Origin: Yuukianura sp. NJ FZ-2021
Lineage: Eukaryota
Assembly: GCA_046563655.1 (NCBI GenBank)
Contig: CM102287.1
Coordinates: 2,294,001 to 2,358,000 of the forward strand
Length of the DNA stretch: 64,000 nt
Direction: 5' to 3'
The translations under genes were made by a program, and so were the position numbers. The notes under the pieces are model-generated. The model worked only from the letters and a program-made list of their open reading frames with translations. It was not told where the DNA came from and searched no databases. Position 1 is the stretch's first letter; each line of letters opens with the position of its first letter. Below, in pieces: positions 24,320-35,000 of the stretch.

Positions 24320-25637
24320 GTACGACCTATCTCTCTCTACTCTCCGTTTATCCGAATTCCTACTTTCCACCCATCCAAAAAATCTCTAGTCCAAAAGAAT
24401 TCGTCGTAAAACACGAGAAATCCACACTGCCCTACTTCCCTCATTTATCGATCAAATAAACAAAGTCACGTATTACTCCCCCTTTTCTAGATTTGCCTCT
24501 TACGTAGGGGATTCCTCATTGTGTGTCGGCATTAGGGGGTGCCGCTCATTAGGTGTCGGCATGGGCTACGCCGTTCCCTTAGTGTAGTGATCATAAAACT
24601 GAAATGTTTAATTTCAAAATAATACTGCATAATTTTAATAATAATTTAAATTTATGTTAATATTATAATATTATATTATTATTATCATATTTTAATAGAA
24701 ACTACATCATATTAAAATATAATATTTTAAATAACAACTATAATTATATTTTAATTATTACGCTATTTTAATTTATATTAATCATGTAATATTATATTAT
24801 ATATAAATTATATCTAATATAATGCAACTTGAATTTATCATTATTAGATTATTAAGATAATGCAGTATTATTTTCAAATTAAACATTAAACTGGGTGAAG
24901 GGGTGGGAAAGTTGAAGGAGCACACCCCCATTACCCCGGGGGGGACAGTAGGGAAAAAACATCCCCACTCCCCGTGGGGGTGGGGGTGGGGCGGAAAAGT
25001 GGGGGGAACACACCCCGTCCCCCTGGGGGGGGAGGCGGAAAAGTGGGGGAACACACCCCCTTCCCCTGGGGGCAGATCAGTGTGGGCGGTTTACAACCGG
25101 TTTATTAATATATTATAAATACTATGAGTGTTTATATTAATTACTTATAATTGAAAAACAGCTGTTGTTTTATTATTGTTAAAGTTTATATACAATATAT
25201 ATTATATATAAATATAATATATATATATATAATAATATATATTATCAATAAAACTATAATATTAAAAATAATTCTACTCATAATAAAACAACAGCTGCTT
25301 TTCAATTGTAACCAAGTAATATAAATACTCATGATAATAATAATAAATTAATTAACATATATTTTTTTTTGTGAAAAAAAAATAGATTATTATATTTTTT
25401 TCCTGGTAGTTTCGTAATTTATTATTAAATTCACATGAAATGCGAATTTGCCCATATGTGCCCACCCCGGTGATTCCGGCCACCCCGCCATAGCCTCGAT
25501 CCAAACCACCATAAATTGGGGTAATAATTTCCCAAATTCAGCTTCAATTTATGAGCATCTAAGGAAATTACATAAATGCCAATTGTCAAGGACTTTCATT
25601 TTGGTTTTTAGGAAACTTGGCACGATGACAGACTGGA

Positions 25638-27383
25638 TCACACAATTTCCTGCGGAAGTTTCTGGCCGGTGACTCCTGCGACGATGTTTTGTGCTGTGAG
25701 AAGTGCCATGGCTGTCCTGCTCTGCAACGTCGCACTCCCAATGTGTGGAATCAGAACTGGAACAAGAGAGAACAATTAGGAAATACTGGAGGTAAGAAAT
25801 CTTGTTCTTATTTGTAGTTACTAGAAAGTAGACCCAAGAGAGGACCCTTAAGCAGGGGTGAGATGCTGGTCGGATGCTGGATGGATGTCGGGTGGGATCG
25901 CCACTTTCCCAAGGGCCCACTTCACTTCAAGTGGAAGGTGGGCCTTGGGAAATGTGAAGGCGCGTATTAGCGTCCACACGAATAAACACAAGAAGAGAGA
26001 TGAGGATGAGATGGCTGGACAAGGGACACAACTCTCCTGCCCTCCACCGCTGTCAGTCCACTTCCGCAAAGCTAAGGGAAAAGCGAAGGTCAAAGGTCAT
26101 GCAAGGCTACACAGTTAGTTTTAGTGTGAAAACATACCGCAGTTGTTGAGTTTCGTGAGTGGATGTCCCAGTGGCAATGGTTCTGGTGTCATCACATCCA
26201 ATCCAGCAGCAAAGATCTTCTTCTGCTCTAGAGCCTGCACCAAATCATCCTGTTGCACTAGACCTTCCAATCAAAAATCAAAACATTATTTTTCATCTTC
26301 AATTTGTAGATTTTATGTAGAAGGTCATGATCTCGGTCTTACCTCCACGGGATGAGTTGATGAAAATGCAGTTGGGTTTCATGAGATTGAAGGCAGCGGC
26401 ATTGAAGATCTCTTTCGTTTCTGCACTCAGAGCAGCAGTCACAATGATAAAGTCGCTCAACCGACACAGTTCTTCGAATTCCACGTAACGAGCACCTTCC
26501 ACTGCAAAGACAAAATGCTAAGTGTTAGATTTTGCTATGTTGATATTTGTTTGTAGGAATGGAAATGTTTACCGTCTGTTCGTTTTCCTCTGCCGTTGTA
26601 GAGAAACTCTTTGACTCCAAATGGTTGCAGTCGCTTCCAAACTCCTTGTCCAATCCTACCCAATCCATAAATTCCCACGGTAGAGTTGGCCAGTCCCATT
26701 CCCATCATCCAGGTTGGTCCCCACCCACTCTTGATCCAGTCACCACTAAAAACAACGTTATTTTACGCTTAAGGAATTGCCGTTTATTTTGTTTTAAAAC
26801 TCACTCCATCAATGCTTTGTTGGATTCCAAAATGCGACGTGAAGTAGCAAGTAGGAGAGCGACCGTTAGTTCTGCAGTGGCATCCGTTAGGACGTCAGGG
26901 GTAAACCCAAGCTTCACTCCGCGTTTCTGTAAGGCTGGCAGATTGACATGGTCCACCCCAACACTCATCGTCCCAACAACCTTTAGAGTAGGCCCAGCCA
27001 TTGTCACAACTTCGTCGTCTATTTTGTCTTGAACGGTGCAGAAAAGTCCGGCTACTCCGTTGACACTTTTGAGCAGGATTTCTCGAGGGCAGGGACTCGG
27101 TTCTGTCCATGTCTCCACGTCACACCTAAAAACAATGGGAACAAAGTTAGAGTTTGTGAGTCTGATTAGAAACTGAATGCTTGTTTGTAACTTACGATTG
27201 GTTGAGTAAGTCGAAGGCTGGTTTTGGTATATCTGGTCGAGTGACGAAGACTTTGGGTCGATTGTTGGTTGACATGGCTCTGCGACAAGGTTTGAGTGAG
27301 TTTTGTCTTAAAATGCTGGAAGTGAATAGGAGTGGCCCTAGTCCTAGTAGCCGGTTAGATTTAATCCATGAGCTTGACAGCAT
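25638..27383 (-). CDS. GRHPR: Glyoxylate reductase/hydroxypyruvate reductase (D-2-hydroxyacid dehydrogenase), 6 exons
   Basis: [55 protein letters not shown]-binding motif, [18 protein letters not shown], last exon [10 protein letters not shown]...QEIV then stop at 25640-25638. Two in-frame ATGs (27383 and 27275). Confidence 0.93.
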
Positions 27384-28942
27384 CCGATAATCCGATCCAA
27401 GGTGACCTCGACGTGACCTTCACACCTCAACTCAGATGTCTTCTTCCAGTCCTTAAGTCTTACGTGTGTGTTGAGTTCTATACCAAAAATTGAATCGAAA
27501 GGCGTGTCTCTGGTAATTACTAATTAGTCAACTACTGATTAATTAGTTATCCATTAATCCAGCCTTTATTTAGCGATTCCCTTGCCTTTCCGTATGATTT
27601 CCTGTGTCCTGTTTACCGCGTGACTTTATTTTTGAATTTTAAATTTTGAATTTGTGAAGTTGGCGCCTTTTGAAATTCGGTGGAAAAGTTGATGTTTGTG
27701 TTTGGAAGATGGCGCTGCGGAGAGAGGGTGACGGGTGTTGTGTGTGCCTTTTAGTGCAACCGGCGTCTCTGCATTTGAATTTTTCCCTCCTTCCTGGCGC
27801 ATTCGTCTCTTCTTCGTCATCCCTCTTTTTGTTCCTCCATCTTCAGCTGGATCCTCTCTCGCAACTCGCAAGTGAAGTGTCCGTTACTTTAATTCTAGTT
27901 TAACTAACTTTAATCGATTAATTAGTGTTGTTAGTTAGTAGTTGTTAGTTGTTAGCATCATCTCATCACCATACAAAGTGTCAACTACAGGTAACAACAA
28001 CCAACAACTAAAGAAGCAAAAGTCATATGTCTAACGGTCAATGTTTGTTGTTTTTTTGTAGTTGGGAATGGGATTTTCTAAAAATGGATACCCACATCAT
28101 CACCTTCCGCATCGGCATCACCTCTTCCAAATCTTTTGATCCTGCTTCTCAATTCTCCATTTCAGTCGTCGTTCCTCTTGTGTAAACTTTGGCAACGAAT
28201 CATTCCCACCTCTCCATTTCTACTTACTTCAATCGCTGCTCAACTACTTCCAAGACAGGACGCAAACCACTTTTCACATTCCACTTTCCATATTTTGATA
28301 ACAAGGTAAGGAACACTCTTTTTCATTACTCCTGGTTGGCATTTAGTCATTTGTTGGGGCTTCAATCAGTCATAGTGAGAACCGTTGAGGTCAAACATAG
28401 TTCAAACGTCAGGTCACTTGGACAAACGTAATTCGGAAGGGAGGGACTTTACCGGGGTTCATCCCTTACATGAGGTGCTAAAAATGGAATTGAGATGCTA
28501 GGAAGATAAATGGCCCAACACTTGCCATCTTCGTATCTATCAGTGTTTATATTCCATCTTCATTTCTTAGACTCAATTCGGTTCCAGTGCAGGGTGACAC
28601 TGGCTTCGTTTCATTTACCTAAACTTACGCTTCAAAGATCTTTAGCTAAGAGATTCTTCTCAAAACAACCCACGCATTCCACAGCATCTCAATTCCAAAG
28701 TTATTTTATGATTCTGATCCCACGTTATTTTTGTTTTGGTTTTAGATAAGTGGCAAGATGCTATGACTTCTATTCTTGCCTAAGTATTTTAAAGTTCAAC
28801 TGAAGTTATGTACTTTTGTTTTTGTTTTGAAGGAGTAGTGGGGCTATGGGGGACTCTGCCTCACAATTTTTAGCTCAGCCGTAGGGACTAGTCGGGAGCA
28901 GTATTTGGGAGAGGGAATAGCTTAAAAATTACCAAATATCAG

Positions 28943-29365
28943 AAACGGTTTGCTTTTTGAATTTTTAGGGGGCATTTAAAAAGTTCTTTTAAAAACAACT
29001 TTTCTCTAGAAAAACGTTTTTTAAAAATTACTTCTCAAACGTTGCTTTTTGAATTTTTAGTGGGGGATTGAAAAAGTTCTTTCAAAAATAACTTTTCTCT
29101 AGAAAAACGTTTTTTAAAAATTACTTCTCAAACGTTGCTTTTTGAATTTTTAGTGGGGGGTTTAAAAAGTTCTTTTAAAAATAACTTTTCTTTAGAAAAA
29201 CGTTTTTTTAAAAATTACTTCTCAAACGTTGCTTTTTTAATTTTTGTGGGGGATTTTAAAAGTTCTTTTAAAAACAACTTTTCTCTAGAAAAACTTTTTT
29301 TTAAATTACTTCTCAGTTCTCAAACGTTGCTTTTTGAATTTTTAGTGGGGGATTTAAAAAGTTCT
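28943..29365. repeat. Tandem array 1, about 93-bp unit, about 4.5 copies
   Basis: TCTAGAAAAACGTTTTTTAAAAATTACTTCTC (with small variants) recurs at about 29005, 29098, 29191 and 29284. Confidence 0.9.
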
Positions 29366-29388
29366 ATCCTTTCAAATATTTAATCCTC

Positions 29389-30358
29389 ACTTCTAAGCTT
29401 GAATCCTTCGCCACTTTCTATTTTTTTAACCATTAAATTCTTAGTTCTAAGCTTCGACTCCTTCGACACTTTCTATCTCTTTAACCATTAAATTCTTAGT
29501 TCTAAGTTTCGACTCCTTCGCCACTTTCTATCTTTTTATCCATTAAATTCTTAGTTCTAAGCTTCGAATCCTTCGCCACTTTCTATCTCTAACCATTAAA
29601 TTCTTAGTTCTAAGCTTCGAATCCTTCGCCACTTCCTATCTTTTTAACCATTAAATTCTTAGTTCTAAGCTTCGAATCCTTCGCCACTTTCTATCTCTTT
29701 AACCATTAAATTCTTAGTTCTAAGCTTCGAATCCTTCGCCACTTTCTATCTCTTTAACCATTAAATTCTTAGTTCTAAGCTTCGAATCCTTCGCCACTTT
29801 CTATCTCTTTAACCATTAAATTCTTAGTTCTAAGCTTCGAATCCTTCGCCACTTTGTATCTCTTTAACCATTAAATTCTTAGTTCTAAGCTTCGACTCCT
29901 TCGCCACTTCCTATCTTTTTAACCATTAAATTCTTAGTTCTAAGCTTCGAATCCTTCGCCACTTTCTATCTCTTTAACCATTAAATTCTTAGTTCTAAGC
30001 TTCGAATCCTTCGCCACTTTCTATCTTTTTAACCATTAAATTTTTAGTTCTAAGCTTCGAATCCTTCGCCACTTTCTATCTCTTTAACCATTAAATTCTT
30101 AGTTCTAAGCTTCGAATCCTTCGCAGCTTTCTTTTCAACCATTAGATTCTTAGTACTAAGCTTCGAATCCTTCGCAACTTTCTATCTTTTTAACCACTAA
30201 ATTCTTAGGTCTAAGCTTCGAATCCTTCGCAACTCTCTGTCTTTTTAACCATTAGATTTTTAGTTCTAAGCTTTGAATTCTTCGCAGCGTTCTTTCTTTT
30301 TAAACATTAGATTTTTAGTTCTAAGCTTCGCATCCTTCGCAACTTTCTATCTTTTTAA
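29389..30358. repeat. Tandem array 2, 55-bp unit, about 17 copies
   Basis: Unit AACCATTAAATTCTTAGTTCTAAGCTTCGAATCCTTCGCCACTTTCTATCTCTTT; copies degenerate toward the 3' end. Confidence 0.95.
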
Positions 30359-30359
30359 A

Positions 30360-31917
30360 GATATTTTTACATTCAGAGACAAATTTTTTAAAAAGTTTAT
30401 TATTCTCTGTTAAGGCGTAAATTCGCATTCAGAGACAAATTTTTTAAAAAGTTTATTATTTTCAGTTGAGGTGTAAATTCACATTCAGACAAATTTTTTA
30501 AAAAGTTTATTATGTTCTGTTAAGGTGTATTTTGACATTCAGAGACAAATTTTTTAAAAAGTTTATTATTCTCTGTTAAGGCGTAAATTCGCATTCAGAG
30601 ACAAATTTTTTAAAAAGTTTATTATTCTCTGTTAAGGCGTAAATTCGCATTCAGAGACAAATTTTTTAAAAAGTTTATTATTTTCTTTTAAGGTGTAAAT
30701 TCACACTCAGACAAATTTTTTAAAAAGTTTATTATTCTCTGTTAAGGCGTAAATTCGCATTCAGAGACAAATTTTTTAAAAAGTTTATTATTTTCTTTTA
30801 AGGTGTAAATTCACACTCAGACAAATTTTTTAAAAAGTTTATTATTTTCTGTTAAGGTGTATTTTGACATTCAGAGACAAATTTTTAAAAAAGTTTATTA
30901 TTCTCTGTTAAGGCGTAAATTCGCATTCAGAGACAAATTTTTTAATAAGTTTATTATTTTCTGTGAAGGTGTAAATTCACATTCAGAAAATTTTTTAAAA
31001 AGTTTATTATTCTCTGTTAAGGCGTAAATTCGCATTCAGAGACAAATTTTTTAAAGAGTTTATTATTTTCTGTTAAGGTGTATTTTGACATTCAGAGACA
31101 AACTTTTTAAAAAGTTTATTATTCTCTGTTAAAGCGTAAATTTGCATTCAGAGACAAATTTTTTAAAAAGTTTATTATTTTCTGTTAAGGTGTATTTTGA
31201 CATTCAGAGACAAACTTTTTAAAAAGTTTATTATTCTCTGTTAAGGCGTAAATTTGCATTCAGAGACAAATTTTTTAAAAAGTTTATTATTTTCTGTTAA
31301 GGTGTATTTTGACATTCAGAGACAAATTTTTTAAAAAGTTTATTATTCTCTGTTAAGGCATAAATTCGCATTCAGAGACAAATTTTTTAAAAAGTTTATT
31401 ATTCTCTGTTAAGGTGTATTTTGACATTCAGAGACAAATTTTTTAAAAAGTTTATTATTGTTTGTTAAGGTGTATTTGACATTCAGAGACAAATTTTTTA
31501 AAAAGTTTATTATTCTCTGTTAAGGCGTAAATTCGCATTCAGAGACGAATTTTTTAAAGAGTTTATTATTTTCTGTTAAGGTGTATTTTGACATTCAGAG
31601 ACAAATTTTTTAAAAAGTTTATTAATCTCTGTTAAGGCGTAAATTCGCATTCAGAGACAAATTTTTTAAAAAGTTTATTATTTTCTGTGAAGGTGTAAAT
31701 TCACATTCAGACAAATTTTTTAAAAAGTTTATTATTCTCTGTTAAGGCGTAAATTCGCATTCAGAGACAAATTTTTTAAAAAGTTTATTATTCTCTGTTA
31801 AGGCATAAATTCGCATTCAGCGACAAATTTTTTAAAAAGTTTATTATTCTCTGTTAAGGCATGAATTCGCATTCAGAGACAAATTTTTTTAAAAGTTTAT
31901 TATTCTCTGTTAAGGTG
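30360..31917. repeat. Tandem array 3, about 56-bp unit, about 28 copies
   Basis: Unit AGAGACAAATTTTTTAAAAAGTTTATTATTCTCTGTTAAGGCGTAAATTCGCATTC with three recurring variants. Confidence 0.95.
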
Positions 31918-32074
31918 TTCTGTCGATATTTTAGTGATTGGCTTTTTTCGTTTCGGATATTTGGTCATTTTGAAGTTTTTCCCCTTCCCCAATGCTGCGC
32001 CCGACTAGTCCCTATGGCTGAGCTAAAAATAGTGAGGCTGAGTTCCTGCCACCCACACTACTGAAGGTGCTGCG

Positions 32075-35000
32075 ATGAGTATTGGGAAGAGGTGCAGTTG
32101 CGGAAGTGAAGATGCGATGAAGTGGCCTGACAGTGAAGCAGTGGCGAACTTCCGGAAGAAGAAGGATGAACTGGAGATGTACATGGAAAGAATGAAGGAA
32201 GTGAAATGTAAGTCCACAATGTTCAGTATTCTTTAAAGAGTCTTTGGTTGATTGACAGTTCCCGGTGTTGTGAGTGTTTGATTGTTAAGCGATTTCGTCT
32301 CAATGCGTCTTAGGTCCTTCACTATTTGTGACAATATTTCCCTAGCTTGGAAAGGTTACAAAGAGTAGTGTTGAGGTTGAGATACGATTTGTAGTTTGTA
32401 TTGAAGATCAAAAACTTTTCGTGGTTCCTTCCCCCGACTTCTTTATATTTTTGGACAAGAGTCAAAAGATTCGTAGAGGGGAAGAGACTTGGCATTTAAT
32501 AAGCCAATTCTTGAGTGAATCCCATTTAAATAGGCATGGAAATTGAGGCATTGTCCAGGGGTCACGACCAGGCTACTTGTGAGTCCTTGTCTATTTTGAA
32601 TTGGAATGTGAAGATGAAATGATATTGGAATGAGAGATATTGAGTTGAGTAATGTTTTGGTGGTAATTGATTTATGAATGAGTGAGCCACGGTCATGGGT
32701 CTTCCTTGACGCTTCGTCGCTTTTAAATTGGGTCTCTCAGTCCTAACGATGAGATGTTGGCCCTATTTTTGTCACATCGCATCTCTCGGGAGCTCCGCAG
32801 TTTCCCCTCTTCTCATCTTCATCTTCCTCCATTCTAGAATTGTAGTAGTAGCAAGTGAATAGTTGCACACAACTAGGCTCAATCTTGTTTGAATCTGCAA
32901 ATAATCAAAGAATGGAACTGATTGACCTCTCATTCAGTTGGTTCTAAATCAGTTTGGGAATGCAGAAGAATCTGCGGAAGAAAGCGGATGAGCCAGAAGG
33001 TAACTGGGATTAGGATACTCTGTAGATTAATAATCTAAGATTAATCGTAGTAAATAGTCACTTAAGCCCATTCAAAGAGGTGTGAAAGTTGAAGTGTTTG
33101 TGTTTGAGTGGGAGGAGGGTGTGGGGGACGGAAACAAAGTTGTGATTGTGAATGAATTGGAGGGATGAAAGCATCTCAATTGATCTCCCCACTTGCTCTT
33201 TCACTCTCACCTGTTTTAATTAATTGATTTACAGAGTAGTTGAGTTCCCATTCCCCAGTTAGAGATCACTCATCAGTCAGTTCCAGTGTAAATGAACTGT
33301 CCATAAGTTACTAACCACATGGCGCCCGGTCTACCCTAAAACATTCCAGTATCCCCTCAAGTTTATTTTCATCTTCAACGTTTACACAGAGATCTATTGA
33401 CTATTCTGTACTTGAAGTAACACACGATTACTCGTGAATGTAGCTCTGCTGGTCGTGGTTGTGCATAATTGAGGATTTAATTAGTAGTTTGGATGGGGAA
33501 TAGCTCAGTCACTTGTTGAATGTGCAATGGATTCCTTCCCCTCACACTTTGGTACTTAGAATTTACTCGTTAATTTGATTAAATCCAACTGATTCTTGTT
33601 GTTTATTTGCAGATGAGAGGGAAGATGTTCAGAAGAAGACACAGACGAAATGGATCAACTCAATGCTGGCCAAGGTCAGTTACACACTCATTGCTTAATT
33701 GAATTCATTAAAGAGTAATTGTGTTTGGTTAATTGCAGGGCTCCCATCCCCTCGTGAAGGACCTCTTCAATGACTTCAGAGATGGGACTAAACTATTGGC
33801 ACTCCTCGAAGTCCTCACAAACAATGAATATGTAATCCATTTCTTACTTCAATTTATTCTTGTGCTGATCATCTGATTTGTTTTGTAGAAACGAGAAAAG
33901 GGGAAGATGCGAGTGCATCACTTGAACAACGTCAGTCGAGCCCTCCAGATCCTCAAAGACAACAATGTGCGTCTAGTCAACATTTCCAACAACGAAATTG
34001 TGGATGGGAATGGCAAGATCACTCTCGCCTTGTCCTGGAGCATCTTCCTCCACTGGCAGGTCAGTTTATTTATGTCAAAAGCAGTAAAATCTTCTCAATC
34101 AGCTGATCAATGATTCCGTTTTTCCTTTACTTAGGTCAATGATATCATGAAGAGCTTGATGGCTTCCACCCACCAAACGAATCTGGAGAAGGCTCTTCTG
34201 TCCTGGTGCCAAACGAACACAAAGGTTAGCCAACAATTTCACTTTTGAATTCGTCACCTAACTTTGCCTAAATGGAAATTGTTTGTTTACAGCCTTATCC
34301 AGGAGTTGACATTAAGAATTTCTCCACTTCGTGGTCAGATGGATTGGCTTTTGGTGCTTTGCTACATCGGTGGCGTCCAGACATTCTGGACTATCCTAAT
34401 TTGGCCTCTAAAACAGACCCCTGTGAGAGACTGGAGATAGTATTCAAAGCAGCACACGATGCACTAGGAATCGAGAGACTCCTGGATCCAGAAGGTCAGC
34501 ATTTACTTCTTTTAACTTAAAAATTAGCGGATCCAGTATGAACAGTTTGATTTGTGTGATTTCAGATGTGAATACTGCGATTCCGGACAAGAAGAGTGTG
34601 ATGATGTATGTGATGTGTTTGTTCCAATCGTTGGCTCAAAGTGGACTCGAACCTCCGCCTCTTCCGCTCACTGAAGAATTAGAAGAGGAAATCAAGATGG
34701 AAGTGGCCAAAGTGGAAGCAGAATTGCACAAACCGCCTTCCGAGGAACTCGTGTCCTACCAAAACATTGTGGAGCAAGTTCTGTCCTGGTTGCTCATCGC
34801 AGAAGATCGGATCTCATCCATGGAACCCATCAGCACGCAACTCAACCAAGTCAAGAAGCAGTTCCAGGAACACGAGGTAACTTCACACTCAGATTGTTTT
34901 CAAGAACTGTTGGTCAGTTGGATTATTTTGTAGAAATTCATGCTGAATTTGACGGAGCATCAGAGTGACGTTGGGGAAGTGCTGCAGGAGGGCTCCAAAA

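Larger units (their letters stand above)
28834..32062. mobile_element. Non-autonomous TIR element (3.2 kb) with Maverick/Polinton-like ends, filled with three satellite arrays
   Basis: Ungapped 114-bp TIRs (28834-28947 and 31949-32062, about 82% identical) beginning AGTAGTG and ending CACTACT; flanking duplication GAAGG (28829-28833 and 32063-32067); no coding capacity. Confidence 0.8.

Noticed and set aside
24505..24590. Two ~30-bp direct repeats and a weak CGGC...GCCG hairpin resembling a Helitron 3' end
   Set aside because: Stem of only 4 bp, no CTRR terminus and no matching 5' end found.
24903..25118. Gly/Pro/Trp-rich ORFs over the G/C-run block
   Set aside because: By-product of homopolymer runs; no gene structure.
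29135..29383. 82-aa ORF with repeated peptide
   Set aside because: Translation of the 93-bp tandem array; no ATG start and no coding features.
29389..31917. CRISPR-like regular repeats
   Set aside because: Head-to-tail tandem units with no unique spacers, no cas genes, and a eukaryotic intron-rich context.
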